Below are positions 1-10,761 of a stretch of 64,000 nt of DNA, one piece after another (the stretch's first letter is position 1; each line of letters begins with the position of its first letter). The stretch is from an uncultured Desulfovibrionaceae bacterium (GTDB lineage: Bacteria; Desulfobacterota; Desulfovibrionia; Desulfovibrionales; Desulfovibrionaceae), in NCBI GenBank assembly GCA_964372035.1, contig CAYJPK010000002.1, positions 3,771-67,770 on the forward strand, in the 5' to 3' direction. Both the position numbers and the translations under genes were made by a program. Below the pieces are notes generated by a model. That model was not told the origin of the DNA, searched no databases, and saw nothing but the letters and a program-made list of their open reading frames with translations.

Positions 1-512
1 ACAAAGCGTCTAACCACTTGCAAGTTTGCATTTTCAGCATGTTCTTGCACCGCTTTTGATATGCTGCCTAAATCATTCCCAACTCTAGCCTCAGCTACAG
101 CTAAGTTTAAGCATTCTTCGGTTATGCGAAGCAATCTTGTTGCTTCATCAGAAATTGTTCCAACTCCAAAGGTACGTGCCGCGTCACCGTAAAAGCCTTC
201 ATAGATTACACCAACATCAAAGCTTACTATATCACCTTCTTTAAGTAATCTTTTAGATGGAAAACCATGTACAATTTCTTCATTCACCGAGCAGCACAAG
301 GCATACGGAAAACCACCGTAGCCTTGAAATGCTGGTTTTACCCCAAAGTCCTTGCACATATCTTGTACAATTTCTTCAAAGAACATAGTTGGTAAACCTG
401 GGGCAACATTTTTACCAAGCTCCTTTAAAATCTTTCCAACCATTCTATTTGCTTCACGCATTAGACCAATTTCACGATCATTTTTAAGGAAAATGCCTCT
501 GTATTTTTTCAT
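1..512 (-). CDS. map: methionine aminopeptidase type I (N-terminal part; C-terminus lies beyond the window start)
   Basis: Reverse translation from the ATG at 510-512 reads MKKYRGIFLKNDREIGLMREANRMVGKIL...CCSVNEEIVHGFPS...DIVSFDVGVIYEGFYGDAARTF, a MetAP-I pattern. It sits directly downstream of secY. It is missing from the ORF track because it runs off the window. Confidence 0.9.
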   Translation of the reverse strand, partial: MKKYRGIFLKNDREIGLMREANRMVGKILKELGKNVAPGLPTMFFEEIVQDMCKDFGVKPAFQGYGGFPYALCCSVNEEIVHGFPSKRLLKEGDIVSFDVGVIYEGFYGDAARTFGVGTISDEATRLLRITEECLNLAVAEARVGNDLGSISKAVQEHAENANLQVVRRF

Positions 513-533
513 AAGAAATCCTAAAGCAAAGAC

Positions 534-1850
534 CTACTGGCCTCTACCTTTAATTCTTGTTTTACCCATTAAACCATCATATTGACGTGAAATCATATGT
601 GATTCAATTTGGGACATAAAGTCCATAGCTACCCCAACCATGATGAGAATACTTGTTCCACCAAAATAAAATGGCACGTTAAAGTGAGAAATAAGTAACA
701 TCGGTAAAACTGAGATAACTGAAATGTATATAGCACCCCATAGGGTTAAACGTGATAATACATTATCTAGGTACTCACGAGTTTTATCACCAGGACGAAT
801 ACCTGGAATAAAACCGCCGCCTTTCTTCAAGTTTTCTGCAACATCTTTTGGATCAAAAATAATTGCTGTGTAGAAAAAACAGAAGAAGAAGATTAATGCT
901 ATAAATGCAACGTTATAAGCTATAGATTCAGGTGAGAACCAAGCCGCAGCTGATTTTAACCAATCAATGGTTGAAAATTCAGCTATTGTTGCAGGGAATA
1001 ACAATAAACTTGATGCAAATATAGGAGGAATAACACCCGCTGTATTAACACGAAGCGGTAAGTGTGTATTTTGTCCACCATACATTTTACGGCCAACTTG
1101 TCTTTTAGCATAGTGAATAGGGATACGCCTTTGCGCTCTTTCCATAAATACAACGCCAATTAAAACTGCTGCCATTAATATAACAATAGCAATCGCTAAA
1201 AACAAGCTCATATCTCCAGCGCTAATTAATTGACCAGAGCGAATAATCGCACTAGGCATACCAACTACGATACCTGAGAAAATGATAAGGGATATACCGT
1301 TACCAATGCCTTTTTCTGTGATTTGTTCACCAAGCCACATAATAAGCACTGTTCCGGCTGTTAGAGTTAAAACGGTTACAATTCTGAACATCCAACCTGG
1401 TTCAGTAACAATTGAAGCCTGAGCTGGACTTAACATTGTCTCTAAACCAACAGCAATACCAAAACCTTGAATAACTGTAATTAATACAGTTAAATATCTT
1501 GTGTATTGAGTGAGTTTACGACGACCTGCATTACCCTCTTCTTTTGCCAAGCGTTTGATTTCAGGACTTACGACCTGCATTAACTGCATAATAATCGAGG
1601 CTGAAATGTAAGGCATAATACCAAGAGCAAAAACAGAAACTCTGCTTAAGCCGCCACCTGAGAACATATCAAAAAGGCCGAATAAGGTTCCTTCAACACT
1701 TTCAAAAAAATGGGCTAATGCTGTAGCATCAACACCTGGAACTGGAATATGAATCCCAATTCTGTATACGCACAATAAACCAATAGTCCAAAATAATTTT
1801 GATCTAAGCTCTGGTTGCTGTGCCATTTTTTCTGCTGCTGTAATAGCCAC
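534..1850 (-). CDS. secY: preprotein translocase subunit SecY
   Basis: 438-aa polytopic membrane ORF with SecY-typical segments (GIMPYISASII, WLGEQITEKGIGNGISLIIF). The GTG start at 1848-1850 is preceded by AAGGTGG with a 6-nt spacer. It follows rplO. Confidence 0.97.
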   Translation of the reverse strand: MAITAAEKMAQQPELRSKLFWTIGLLCVYRIGIHIPVPGVDATALAHFFESVEGTLFGLFDMFSGGGLSRVSVFALGIMPYISASIIMQLMQVVSPEIKRLAKEEGNAGRRKLTQYTRYLTVLITVIQGFGIAVGLETMLSPAQASIVTEPGWMFRIVTVLTLTAGTVLIMWLGEQITEKGIGNGISLIIFSGIVVGMPSAIIRSGQLISAGDMSLFLAIAIVILMAAVLIGVVFMERAQRRIPIHYAKRQVGRKMYGGQNTHLPLRVNTAGVIPPIFASSLLLFPATIAEFSTIDWLKSAAAWFSPESIAYNVAFIALIFFFCFFYTAIIFDPKDVAENLKKGGGFIPGIRPGDKTREYLDNVLSRLTLWGAIYISVISVLPMLLISHFNVPFYFGGTSILIMVGVAMDFMSQIESHMISRQYDGLMGKTRIKGRGQ

Positions 1851-1890
1851 TATATACCACCTTGTGTCAGCTAAAAACTTTAATAGAACA

Positions 1891-1926
1891 CCCGTTTTAA
1901 ACGGGCTAGACCGTTAAGGTCTAGCC
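1891..1926 (-). promoter_or_regulatory. two adjacent intercistronic hairpins between rplO and secY
   Basis: On the minus strand, GGCTAGACC-TTAAC-GGTCTAGCC (9-bp perfect stem covering the rplO stop codon) is immediately followed by CCCGTT-TAA-AACGGG and then U-rich sequence. The function (attenuator or stabiliser) was not determined. Confidence 0.35.
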
Positions 1927-2370
1927 AGCTAAAACTTTAGCGTTTCCGCCTGCTTGGGTAATTTTGTCAATAGCACTTTGGCTAAATTTGTGAGCTTCAA
2001 CACTAATAGCAGCGTTTAAGTCACCACCACCCAAAATTTTAACATTAGAATTATATGAACATAAACCACGTGCATAAATATCTTCTAATGAAATTTCGTT
2101 TTTACCTTCAAAGGCAATAACTAAGCGGTCAAGATTAATAACTTCGTATTTAATTTTAAAATCAAAGTTTTTAAAGCCACGTTTTGGTAATCTGCGTTGC
2201 AATGGCATTTGGCCACCTTCAAAACCTGCGCGAACACCGCCGCCAGCTCTTGCGTTTTGACCTTTATTACCCTTACCTGCAGTACAACCTAAGCCAGAAC
2301 CTGAACCACGACCAACTCTTTTACGAGCTTTGCGCTCTTCAGGAAAAGGATATAAATCATGTAAATTCAT
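1921..2370 (-). CDS. rplO: 50S ribosomal protein L15
   Basis: MNLHDLYPFPEERKARKRVGRGSGSGLGCTAGKGNKGQ, the L15 glycine-rich N-terminus. I prefer the ATG at 2368-2370 over the longer track ORF. Confidence 0.95.
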   Translation of the reverse strand: MNLHDLYPFPEERKARKRVGRGSGSGLGCTAGKGNKGQNARAGGGVRAGFEGGQMPLQRRLPKRGFKNFDFKIKYEVINLDRLVIAFEGKNEISLEDIYARGLCSYNSNVKILGGGDLNAAISVEAHKFSQSAIDKITQAGGNAKVLAG

Positions 2371-2371
2371 G

Positions 2372-2545
2372 TTATTTAACCTCAACTAGATGTACAACTT
2401 TGGCAATCATGCCACGAACGCTTGGACTATCAGTATGTACTTTTACTTGTTCGCGTTTGCGAAGACCAAGTGCATCTAATACTTTACGCTGATTAGGCGT
2501 AGTACCAATACGTGAACGAGTTAATTTTATTTTAATATCAGACAT
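2372..2545 (-). CDS. rpmD: 50S ribosomal protein L30
   Basis: MSDIKIKLTRSRIGTTPNQRKVLDALGLRK is the L30 signature. The internal ATG at 2543-2545 has an AGGAAAG RBS. Confidence 0.93.
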   Translation of the reverse strand: MSDIKIKLTRSRIGTTPNQRKVLDALGLRKREQVKVHTDSPSVRGMIAKVVHLVEVK

Positions 2546-2614
2546 ATCATCTTTCCTATTCAAGGCTTTCATAAAGACTTCTATCCTACAAAAATGCCAT
2601 GATAATTTGCAATA

Positions 2615-3106
2615 TTACTTGCGAGGAGTCTCAAGTTTTTTACCTCTGATTTCGCTAACTTCATCAGCACTGCGAAGTGAGGTAAGTCCACAGATAGTCG
2701 CTCTAAGTACGTTATGCGGATTATTTGTGCCAATAGCTTTTGTAAGAACGTCTTTAACGCCTACTGCTTCCATTACAGCACGAACAGCACCACCAGCGAT
2801 GATACCTGTACCACGTGAAGCAGGCTTAAGCACAACACGACCAGCACCAAACTCACCAAGCACTTCATAAGGTAAAGTGCCATCAATTAATTCAATTTTA
2901 ACCATTGATTTGCGAGCTTTATCAGATGCTTTGCGTAAAGCTTCTGGTACTTCTTGAGCTTTTCCAAGACCAAAGCCAACGCTGCCTTTGCCATCACCGA
3001 TAACTACTAAAGCACTGAAGCTAAAACGGCGACCACCTTTTACAACTTTAGCAACACGATTTAGAGAGACTATTTTCTCAATAAAACCAAGTTCTGTTTG
3101 TTCCAT
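2615..3106 (-). CDS. rpsE: 30S ribosomal protein S5
   Basis: The 163-aa ORF contains [30 protein letters not shown]. Operon position fits. Confidence 0.97.
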   Translation of the reverse strand: MEQTELGFIEKIVSLNRVAKVVKGGRRFSFSALVVIGDGKGSVGFGLGKAQEVPEALRKASDKARKSMVKIELIDGTLPYEVLGEFGAGRVVLKPASRGTGIIAGGAVRAVMEAVGVKDVLTKAIGTNNPHNVLRATICGLTSLRSADEVSEIRGKKLETPRK

Positions 3107-3121
3107 AATATTTTTCCTTAA

Positions 3122-3484
3122 TTAGAACTCAAGTCCACCCTCGCGGGCACCATCAGCTACTGCTTTGATTCGACCATGATATAAATATCCGTTACGGTCA
3201 AATACAACTTGTTTAACTTGCTTTTCTAAAGAAAGACGAGCAATTTCTTTACCAACTAAGCTTGCGCCATCTTTATTGCAACGAACATTATCCTGCTTCT
3301 TAGACAAGCTTAGTGATGAGGTAGAAGCTAAAACTGCTCCGTTTTCATCGTCTATCACTTGAGCATAAATATGCGTATTGGAGCGATAAACAACTAAGCG
3401 TGGACGCTCTTGCGTACCTGAAATTTTCTTACGAATGCGAATCTTTCTTTTTTGTCTGCTTTCGTTTTTACTTAATTTACTCAT
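3122..3484 (-). CDS. rplR: 50S ribosomal protein L18
   Basis: The 120-aa ORF contains [18 protein letters not shown] and ends GLEF. Operon position fits. Confidence 0.96.
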   Translation of the reverse strand: MSKLSKNESRQKRKIRIRKKISGTQERPRLVVYRSNTHIYAQVIDDENGAVLASTSSLSLSKKQDNVRCNKDGASLVGKEIARLSLEKQVKQVVFDRNGYLYHGRIKAVADGAREGGLEF

Positions 3485-3495
3485 ATGCGCCCCGT

Positions 3496-4038
3496 TTATT
3501 TACCCTTTGCCCCAGACTTACCAGCCTTGCGACGAATGATTTCAGTTTCATATTTAATACCTTTGCCTTTGTATGGCTCAGGCTTACGGATACGACGAAT
3601 TTGCGCCGCCATCTCACCAACTAAAACTTTATCAATTCCTGAAAGAGTTAACTTTTGACCTTCAACTTTAGCTGAAAGACCATCAGGAAGCTCTACTAAC
3701 ACAGGATGTGAAAAACCTACAGAAAGCTCAATAACATTACCTTTTACGCTAACACGAAAGCCAACACCGATAACTTCTAAAGTTTTTTCGTAGCCCTTTG
3801 TTACACCTTCAATGCAGTTAGCTAAAAGTGTACGACGTAAGCCGTGTTGAGCTCTTGTTTTTCTTTCTTCGTTTTTGCGAGTAATGGTTACATTGCCATC
3901 TTCGATTTTATAGTCTAAATCGGGCCAAGCAGGGGTTGATAATTGACCTTTTGGGCCTTTAACATCTATCTTATCTGCCAATAATTTCACCTCAACACCT
4001 GAGGGAATAGCAATTGGTTGTTTACCTATTCTTGACAT
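3496..4038 (-). CDS. rplF: 50S ribosomal protein L6
   Basis: [19 protein letters not shown] is the L6 N-terminus. I prefer the start at 4036-4038 to the 12-codon upstream extension in the track ORF. Confidence 0.96.
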   Translation of the reverse strand: MSRIGKQPIAIPSGVEVKLLADKIDVKGPKGQLSTPAWPDLDYKIEDGNVTITRKNEERKTRAQHGLRRTLLANCIEGVTKGYEKTLEVIGVGFRVSVKGNVIELSVGFSHPVLVELPDGLSAKVEGQKLTLSGIDKVLVGEMAAQIRRIRKPEPYKGKGIKYETEIIRRKAGKSGAKGK

Positions 4039-4045
4039 AAGTGAC

Positions 4046-4426
4046 CTACCAAATTTCACACAAAAGCTCACCACCGATGTTCTGCTCTTGTGCGTTTTGA
4101 CCTGTTAATAAACCACGTGAGGTTGACACGATACAGATACCAAGACCGTTTTGTACACGTGGAATGTCTGAAACTCCAACATATACGCGTCTGCCTGGTT
4201 TACTTAATCTTTTCAAACCAGCAATTGCTGGTTTGCCGTGGTGATATTTTAAAGCAATCTTGATTGCTAAATCATCAGCGGTCACCTCTTCGACATAGCC
4301 TTCCTGCTTCAAAATTGCTGCAATAGCTTCTTTCATTTTTGAGCGCGGAACACTCACTTCCTTATGCAGGGCTAAGTGTGCGTTGCGGATACGAGTTAAC
4401 ATATCTGCAATAGGATCGGTAATCAT
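4046..4426 (-). CDS. rpsH: 30S ribosomal protein S8
   Basis: MITDPIADMLTRIRNA is the canonical S8 N-terminus. Confidence 0.97.
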   Translation of the reverse strand: MITDPIADMLTRIRNAHLALHKEVSVPRSKMKEAIAAILKQEGYVEEVTADDLAIKIALKYHHGKPAIAGLKRLSKPGRRVYVGVSDIPRVQNGLGICIVSTSRGLLTGQNAQEQNIGGELLCEIW

Positions 4427-4438
4427 CGAAAAAACTCC

Positions 4439-4624
4439 TTACCAACTTGATTTACGTACGCCAGGTAATTCGCCACGTAATGCCATTTGTCTAAAACAAA
4501 TACGGCATAAACCAAAATGACGCATATATGAGCGTGGACGTCCACAAATTGGACAACGGTTATACTTTCTAGTAGAAAACTTAGGTTTTCTAGCTGCCTT
4601 AACTTCTAATGCTGTACGAGACAT
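4439..4624 (-). CDS. rpsN: 30S ribosomal protein S14 type Z (zinc-binding short form)
   Basis: 61 aa with [10 protein letters not shown]...CRICFR, the CxxC...CxxC pattern of the zinc-ribbon form. Confidence 0.96.
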   Translation of the reverse strand: MSRTALEVKAARKPKFSTRKYNRCPICGRPRSYMRHFGLCRICFRQMALRGELPGVRKSSW

Positions 4625-4635
4625 AGGAAATTCTC

Positions 4636-5175
4636 CTACTTACGAAACGGCATACCTAACTGTTCAAGAAGCATTTTGCCTTCTTTATCAGTATTCGCCG
4701 TGGTCACAATAGTTATATTCATACCTTTTGTATTTTCAACTCTATCAGCTTCCATTTCTGGGAAGATAGCGTGATCTTTAATACCTAAGGTAAAATTGCC
4801 TCTGCCGTCAAACCCACGATCATTAATACCGCGAAAGTCACGTACACGTGGCAATGCAAAGTTCATAAGTTTGTCTAAGAAATCCCACATTCTTTTACGG
4901 CGTAGTACTACGCGTACACCAATTGGCATACCTTCACGTAATTTAAATGCTGCAATCGATTTCTTAGCACGAGTGATGACAGCCTTTTGTGAAGCAATAA
5001 TGCTTAACTCATTAACAGCTTCTTCTAAAAGCTTGTTATTTTGGCTGGCAGCACCAAGACCGATGTTTAGCGATACTTTAACGATTCCAGGAACCTGCAT
5101 TTTTGAAGAGTAATTAAACTCTTTTTGCAATACTGGAACTACCTTCTCGCGATATATAGTCTCAAGTCTTGACAT
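4636..5175 (-). CDS. rplE: 50S ribosomal protein L5
   Basis: 179 aa: [14 protein letters not shown]...[27 protein letters not shown]. Confidence 0.97.
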   Translation of the reverse strand: MSRLETIYREKVVPVLQKEFNYSSKMQVPGIVKVSLNIGLGAASQNNKLLEEAVNELSIIASQKAVITRAKKSIAAFKLREGMPIGVRVVLRRKRMWDFLDKLMNFALPRVRDFRGINDRGFDGRGNFTLGIKDHAIFPEMEADRVENTKGMNITIVTTANTDKEGKMLLEQLGMPFRK

Positions 5176-5185
5176 GGTTTACACC

Positions 5186-5506
5186 TTACAACGTTTTATT
5201 ACACTTCTTACAGAAGCGGTTTTTGGTGCCATCTTCGGCATATTGATAAAAAACACGAGTTGCACTGTTGCAGCTTGAGCATACAACCATCACATTAGAA
5301 ATATGAATTGGCATCTCTTTTTCTATAATTCCACCTGGATCACGGCGATATGGATTTGGTTTAACGTGGCGCTTGGCTACATTAACTTTTTCCACGATAA
5401 TTTTATCATGCTTACGCAAGATTTTAACTACCTTACCGATTTTCCCTTTGTCCTTGCCGGCAATGACTTGGACTTTATCGTCCTTGCGGATACGAAATTG
5501 TTTCAT
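5186..5506 (-). CDS. rplX: 50S ribosomal protein L24 with a cysteine-pair C-terminal region
   Basis: The KOW region is [21 protein letters not shown]. The C-terminus is [33 protein letters not shown], carrying CxxC...CxxC. Confidence 0.95.
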   Translation of the reverse strand: MKQFRIRKDDKVQVIAGKDKGKIGKVVKILRKHDKIIVEKVNVAKRHVKPNPYRRDPGGIIEKEMPIHISNVMVVCSSCNSATRVFYQYAEDGTKNRFCKKCNKTL

Positions 5507-5518
5507 TTTATCTATCTC

Positions 5519-5887
5519 CTACAGAACTTCTGGCGCAAGAGAAACGATTTTCATATAGTTACGTCCTCTAAGCTCACGTGCAACTGGTCCGAAAATACGT
5601 GTTCCAACCGGTTCGCCTTGTTTTGATAGAAGTACTGCCGCATTTGAGTCAAACTTAATGTATGAGCCATCAATTCTACGAACTTCTTTACGAGTACGTA
5701 CGATAACAGCTTGCATTACGTCGCCTTTTTTTACTTTACTATGCGGAATTGCTTCTTTTACTGAAACAACAATTATATCGCCAACAGTTGCATAACGTCT
5801 TTTTGAGCCGCCAAGTACTTTAATACAAGCAACTTTTTTTGCGCCGGAATTGTCCGCAACATGTAATATTGATTCTACTTGAATCAT
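5519..5887 (-). CDS. rplN: 50S ribosomal protein L14
   Basis: [28 protein letters not shown], the canonical L14 N-terminus. Confidence 0.98.
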   Translation of the reverse strand: MIQVESILHVADNSGAKKVACIKVLGGSKRRYATVGDIIVVSVKEAIPHSKVKKGDVMQAVIVRTRKEVRRIDGSYIKFDSNAAVLLSKQGEPVGTRIFGPVARELRGRNYMKIVSLAPEVL

Positions 5888-5896
5888 AGTTAGCTC

Positions 5897-6163
5897 CTAA
5901 ACAGCTTTCTCAAGAATTGTCACTAAGTGCCAACGTTTGTTACGTGACAAAGGACGGTATTCAACAATCTTAACTTTATCACCAATGCCACACTCATTAA
6001 GTGGGTCATGGGCAGTGAACTTCTTGTGACGCCGCACATACTTTTTTAGAAGAGCGTGCTTAACAAGTGTTTCAACACGCACTACGATAGTCTTGTCGTT
6101 TTTGTCACTAACAACTGTACCGACAAGAGTTCTGCCTTTGCGATTTTCGAGTGCTTGTGACAT
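5897..6163 (-). CDS. rpsQ: 30S ribosomal protein S17
   Basis: 88 aa: [20 protein letters not shown]...[10 protein letters not shown]. Confidence 0.96.
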   Translation of the reverse strand: MSQALENRKGRTLVGTVVSDKNDKTIVVRVETLVKHALLKKYVRRHKKFTAHDPLNECGIGDKVKIVEYRPLSRNKRWHLVTILEKAV

Positions 6164-6164
6164 A

Positions 6165-6347
6165 TTATGCCTTTTCCTTCAAAATTGTCAAAATTCTAGC
6201 AATTTCTTTACGGCTTGCAGAAAGTGACGAGGTTTTTTCAAGCTGAGCTGTCTTGTGTGAAAAACGAAGATCAAATAACTCTTTACGTTTTTCAGCAAGC
6301 TTTGCGGTCAGTTCAGCAACACCTAATTTGCGTAATTCATTAACCAT
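6165..6347 (-). CDS. rpmC: 50S ribosomal protein L29
   Basis: 60-aa helical ORF containing [13 protein letters not shown], between rplP and rpsQ. Confidence 0.93.
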   Translation of the reverse strand: MVNELRKLGVAELTAKLAEKRKELFDLRFSHKTAQLEKTSSLSASRKEIARILTILKEKA

Positions 6348-6348
6348 A

Positions 6349-6762
6349 TTATAAACCCTCCCTCGTCACGATAATTGTCTTAACAGGCAATTTATGTGAT
6401 GCACGGGTAAGAGCAACTCTAGCTAAATCAAGAGCAACGCCCTTAATTTCGTAAAGTACGCGGCCAGGTTTAACTGGTGCGCACCAGCCAACTGGAGCAC
6501 CTTTACCTGAACCTTGACGAGTTTCAAGTGGTTTAGCAGTAACTGGATGATCAGGGAATACTCTGATCCAAACCTTACCACCACGTTTGATGTGACGCAT
6601 CATAGCAATACGAGCAGCTTCGATTTGCTGACTTGTTAATTTGCCATGCTCAACTGCCTTTAAGCCAATATCGCCAAAAGCAACAGTTGTACCACGGGTG
6701 GCTTTACCACGTAAGCGACCTTTTTGCCACTTACGGAATTTAATTCTTTTTGGTGCGAGCAT
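6349..6762 (-). CDS. rplP: 50S ribosomal protein L16
   Basis: [19 protein letters not shown]...[26 protein letters not shown]. Confidence 0.98.
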   Translation of the reverse strand: MLAPKRIKFRKWQKGRLRGKATRGTTVAFGDIGLKAVEHGKLTSQQIEAARIAMMRHIKRGGKVWIRVFPDHPVTAKPLETRQGSGKGAPVGWCAPVKPGRVLYEIKGVALDLARVALTRASHKLPVKTIIVTREGL

Positions 6763-7403
6763 TAGCGTTCCACCTCTTTGTCTAAGACTTCGCCTTTATA
6801 AATCCAAACTTTAACCCCGATAATACCGTAGGTTGTGCTTGCTTCAGCAAATCCGTAGTCTATGTCAGCACGTAAGGTCTGTAATGGCACTTGACCATCA
6901 CGATACCATTCTGTACGTGCAATTTCTGCCCCTGCCAAACGACCAGCGCAAGTTACCTTGATACCTTCACCGCCGAATTTACGAGCCATAGAAACTGTAC
7001 GTTTCATAGCACGACGGAAAGCAACACGGCGCTCAAGTTGCATAGCAATATTTTCTGCTACTAATTGAGCTTCAACTTCTGGACGACGAACTTCATTAAC
7101 TTCTAATGAAAATTCACGACCAAACTTTGCGCGTAAATCAGTGCGTAATTTCTCAATTTCTGTTCCTTTACGCCCGATTACGATACCTGGACGAGCAGTT
7201 GATAAAATCAATCTGATTTTGCCGCCTGCGCGCTCAATTTCGATCTTAGATATTCCGGCTGCATATAGCAATTTTTTAACATGCTTACGAATCGCGTGAT
7301 CTTCACTTACAAAAGTAGCATATTCTTTTTTGCTAAACCAGCGTGATTGCCAGTTTTTGTTATACCCGAGCCGAAAGCCGAATGGATGTACTTTTTGACC
7401 CAT
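6762..7403 (-). CDS. rpsC: 30S ribosomal protein S3
   Basis: [23 protein letters not shown], the canonical S3 N-terminus, followed by a KH domain. Confidence 0.98.
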   Translation of the reverse strand: MGQKVHPFGFRLGYNKNWQSRWFSKKEYATFVSEDHAIRKHVKKLLYAAGISKIEIERAGGKIRLILSTARPGIVIGRKGTEIEKLRTDLRAKFGREFSLEVNEVRRPEVEAQLVAENIAMQLERRVAFRRAMKRTVSMARKFGGEGIKVTCAGRLAGAEIARTEWYRDGQVPLQTLRADIDYGFAEASTTYGIIGVKVWIYKGEVLDKEVER

Positions 7404-7404
7404 A

Positions 7405-7743
7405 TTATTCCTGCCCTTCTTCCAGAATTACGGTTATATGGCTTGTGCGCTTAAAGATAGTGTTAGCGCGACCTTGAGAACGGGGCATAAACCTCTTCCA
7501 TGTCGGTCCTTCATTAACCAATATTTCCTTAACAATAAGTGCGTCAACATCTAAGTTAGCATTGTGCTCAGCGTTAGCTAAAGCAGAATGCATAACACCA
7601 TAGATGATCTTCGCTGGCTTGTTTGGAGTAAAGCGTAACACGTTAAGTGCCTGCTCTACTGACATACCCACAACGTTACGTGCGGTTAAACGAGCTTTTT
7701 GCGGAGAAACGCGAATGTATTTGGCGCTTGCTTGTGATTGCAT
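7405..7743 (-). CDS. rplV: 50S ribosomal protein L22
   Basis: [20 protein letters not shown] prefer the ATG at 7741-7743, which has an AGGTGA RBS, over the GTG three codons upstream. Confidence 0.95.
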   Translation of the reverse strand: MQSQASAKYIRVSPQKARLTARNVVGMSVEQALNVLRFTPNKPAKIIYGVMHSALANAEHNANLDVDALIVKEILVNEGPTWKRFMPRSQGRANTIFKRTSHITVILEEGQE

Positions 7744-7752
7744 TCTAGTCAC

Positions 7753-8037
7753 CTATCTTTTACCAGCTTTGGATTTTTTATCCGCAGCATGACCATAGTA
7801 TGTTCTTGTTGGTGCAAATTCACCGAGTTTGTGCCCTACCATATTTTCACTTACAAAGACAGGAATGAATTTCTTACCATTATGCACAGCAAAGGTTAAA
7901 CCTACCATTTCAGGCATAATTGTAGAACGACGAGACCAAGTCTTAATAACACGGCGATCGTTGCTTGCAACTGCCGCATCTACTTTTTTTAATACGTGTT
8001 GGTCAATAAATGGACCTTTCTTTAACGATCTTGGCAT
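7753..8037 (-). CDS. rpsS: 30S ribosomal protein S19
   Basis: [12 protein letters not shown]...[30 protein letters not shown]. Confidence 0.98.
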   Translation of the reverse strand: MPRSLKKGPFIDQHVLKKVDAAVASNDRRVIKTWSRRSTIMPEMVGLTFAVHNGKKFIPVFVSENMVGHKLGEFAPTRTYYGHAADKKSKAGKR

Positions 8038-8045
8038 AATAGCTC

Positions 8046-8876
8046 CTACTTCTGACCACGGCGTTTAACGATAAGACGTGAAGAAGCCTTCTTCTTATCT
8101 CTAGTTTTGTAGCCCTTAGTCGGCATACCCCAAGGAGAAACAGGGTGACGACCACCAGAGCTTCTACCTTCACCACCACCAAGTGGGTGATCAACAGGGT
8201 TCATCGCAACACCGCGAACTTTAGGACGACGACCAAGCCATCTATTACGGCCAGCCTTACCTAAAGTAATATTTTCATGCTGAATATTACCTACTTGACC
8301 AATTGTAGCAATGCATGATGCAAGTACTTTACGAACTTCGCCAGAAGGCATTCTTAAAAGAGCATAAATACCCTCTTTTGCAACTAATTGAGCATATGTA
8401 CCAGCAGCACGGCAGAATTGACCGCCTTTACCAGGGTGTAACTCAATGTTGTGAATCAAAGTACCAACTGGAATACGGCTAATTGCCATTGCATTACCAG
8501 CTTTAATATCAGCTTTGTTACCTGCTTCAATAATATCGCCTTGCTTAATGCCAACTGGAGCTAAGATATATCTTTTCTCACCATCAGCATAATGTAAAAG
8601 AGCAATACGTGCAGTACGGTTAGGATCATATTCAATATGAGCCACTTTTGCAGGAATTTCTACTTTATCACGCTTAAAATCAATTATGCGGTATAAACGT
8701 TTTACACCACCGCCACGACGACGGCTAGTAATACGACCATGATGGTTACGACCTGCTTTTTTATTAAGTCCTACTGTGAGAGATTTCTCAGGTGTAGAAC
8801 GTGTAATCTCTGCAAAATCAGACACTGTTTGGAATCTAGTACCGGCAGAGGTTGGTTTTAACTTACGCACAGCCAT
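8046..8876 (-). CDS. rplB: 50S ribosomal protein L2
   Basis: 276 aa: [15 protein letters not shown]...[19 protein letters not shown]. Confidence 0.98.
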   Translation of the reverse strand: MAVRKLKPTSAGTRFQTVSDFAEITRSTPEKSLTVGLNKKAGRNHHGRITSRRRGGGVKRLYRIIDFKRDKVEIPAKVAHIEYDPNRTARIALLHYADGEKRYILAPVGIKQGDIIEAGNKADIKAGNAMAISRIPVGTLIHNIELHPGKGGQFCRAAGTYAQLVAKEGIYALLRMPSGEVRKVLASCIATIGQVGNIQHENITLGKAGRNRWLGRRPKVRGVAMNPVDHPLGGGEGRSSGGRHPVSPWGMPTKGYKTRDKKKASSRLIVKRRGQK

Positions 8877-8879
8877 GTC

Positions 8880-9167
8880 TTACACTCCTTCAAACAGGTC
8901 AATTTTTTGACCAGCAGCCAAAGTTACATAAGCCTTACGAACACCAGCAATGTGAGTCATTCTACGGTTACGCATCTTCTTTTCAGGCTTTCTGTTAACA
9001 ACATTAACTGTTTCAACTGTAACGCTAAAAGCAGTTTCAACAGCACGCTTAATTTCAATTTTATTTGCCTTTGGGTGCACAACAAAAACAACTTGGTTGC
9101 TTTGTTCACGTGCACTTGTTGCTTTTTCACTAACAACAGGGGCAAGAAGTATTTGTGTCATATCCAT
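8880..9167 (-). CDS. rplW: 50S ribosomal protein L23
   Basis: 95 aa containing LAPVVSEKAT...VVFVVHPKANKIEIKRAVE. The start could instead be the third-codon Met. Confidence 0.94.
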   Translation of the reverse strand: MDMTQILLAPVVSEKATSAREQSNQVVFVVHPKANKIEIKRAVETAFSVTVETVNVVNRKPEKKMRNRRMTHIAGVRKAYVTLAAGQKIDLFEGV

Positions 9168-9169
9168 AA

Positions 9170-9787
9170 TTATTTCAACCTCTTAGCAACTGCTTCTACA
9201 GCACCTTCAAGAAGAATTAATTGCTTATGTTTTAAAATCTCATAAACACTTAAATTTTCAGGTGTTGTTAAGCTAATGCCTTGAATATTACGGGTACTAA
9301 GCATGAGTTTTTCATCCATCTCAGGAGCAACAATTAAAGCCTTATTTAAGCCTAAGTTGCCTGCAACTTTTGCAAATTCTTTAGTCTTTGGTGCATCAAG
9401 TTCAATCTTGTTAACAACCATAAGACCTTCGGTAGCTCTTGATGATAAAGCCATGCACATTGCAAGTCTTCTAATCTTTTTGTTTACCTTGAAACTATAG
9501 TCTCTAGGTTGTGGACCAAAGATAACTGCACCACCACGCCAAATCGGGGAACGATTTGAGCCAGCTCTTGCATTACCAGTGCCTTTTTGGCGATATGGTT
9601 TACGACCACCACCAGAAACAAATGCACGAGTCTTAGTTGCATGTGTTCCAGCTCTTTTTGCAGCAAGGGTAGCACGAACTACGAGATGGAGAATTTCTGG
9701 TCTTACTTCGACTTCAAACACTTCAGGAGCGAGTTCGATTTGACCTGCTTCCGCTTTGTTTTGATCGTATATTTTCACGACAGCCAT
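9170..9787 (-). CDS. rplD: 50S ribosomal protein L4
   Basis: 205 aa containing SGGGRKPYRQKGTGNARAGSNRSPIWRGGAVIFGP. Confidence 0.97.
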   Translation of the reverse strand: MAVVKIYDQNKAEAGQIELAPEVFEVEVRPEILHLVVRATLAAKRAGTHATKTRAFVSGGGRKPYRQKGTGNARAGSNRSPIWRGGAVIFGPQPRDYSFKVNKKIRRLAMCMALSSRATEGLMVVNKIELDAPKTKEFAKVAGNLGLNKALIVAPEMDEKLMLSTRNIQGISLTTPENLSVYEILKHKQLILLEGAVEAVAKRLK

Positions 9788-9799
9788 TATATTATTCTC

Positions 9800-10429
9800 C
9801 TACTGCTTACGAACAAGTACTAGTCCATTCTTAGGACCAGGTACTGAACCTTTAACAAGAATTACATCGTCTTCAGCTCTGATATCAATGATTTCTAAGT
9901 TGAGCTCTGTAACTTGTTCATTTCCCCAGTGACCAGCCATCTTTTTACCTTTAAAAACATGACCAGGAAAGGTATTATTACCGATAGAACCACCTGAACG
10001 GTGAACTTTTTCACTACCGTGACCATCGCCGCAACCACTAAAGTTCCAACGACGCATAACACCTTGATAACCTTTACCGATACTTCTACCTGTAACTTTA
10101 ACAAAGTCACCGATAGCAAAAATATCTACTGTTAAATTTTGACCTATTTCATAATTTGCAGGTGCATCTAAGCGGATTTCTTTTAAATTACGATATAATC
10201 CCGCTCCAGCTTTTGCAAAATGCCCTTGTAGTGGCTTAGTAACGTGCTTTGCTTTAGCTTCTTCAAAAGCAATTTGCAATGCGTCATAGCCATCTTTTTC
10301 AGTCGCTTTTATCTGTGTGATAGGACAAGGCCCTGCTTTTATTACTGTAACTGGTACAACGCTACCGTCACCAGCAAATACACGAGTCATCCCTATCTTG
10401 CGTCCTAAAATTCCCATTTTATCAGCCAT
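9800..10429 (-). CDS. rplC: 50S ribosomal protein L3
   Basis: 209 aa: [14 protein letters not shown]...[12 protein letters not shown]. The start is either 10429 or the Met four codons downstream. Confidence 0.96.
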   Translation of the reverse strand: MADKMGILGRKIGMTRVFAGDGSVVPVTVIKAGPCPITQIKATEKDGYDALQIAFEEAKAKHVTKPLQGHFAKAGAGLYRNLKEIRLDAPANYEIGQNLTVDIFAIGDFVKVTGRSIGKGYQGVMRRWNFSGCGDGHGSEKVHRSGGSIGNNTFPGHVFKGKKMAGHWGNEQVTELNLEIIDIRAEDDVILVKGSVPGPKNGLVLVRKQ

Positions 10430-10443
10430 GCTATCCTCACACT

Positions 10444-10761
10444 CTATAGCTTGATTTCAACATCAACACCGGCTGGCAAGCTAAGCTTACCAAGTGCGTC
10501 TACTGTTTGTTGTGTTGGCTCAAGGATGTCCATTAGCCGTTTGTGAATACGCATCTCAAACTGTTCGCGTGACTTTTTGTCTACGTGAACAGAACGGTTA
10601 ATCGTATACTTATGAATTCTTGTTGGCAATGGGATTGGTCCCGCCACCCCTGCGCCCGTATTGCGCGCCGTGTCCACTATTTCTGCCACAGCCTTATCAA
10701 GGATGCGGTAATCATAAGCTTTGAGCTTAATGCGGATACGATCACTGCTTACTGTCGTCAT
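10444..10761 (-). CDS. rpsJ: 30S ribosomal protein S10
   Basis: [29 protein letters not shown]...[21 protein letters not shown]. The ATG at 10759-10761 has an ACGGAG RBS 8 nt upstream. Confidence 0.96.
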   Translation of the reverse strand: MTTVSSDRIRIKLKAYDYRILDKAVAEIVDTARNTGAGVAGPIPLPTRIHKYTINRSVHVDKKSREQFEMRIHKRLMDILEPTQQTVDALGKLSLPAGVDVEIKL

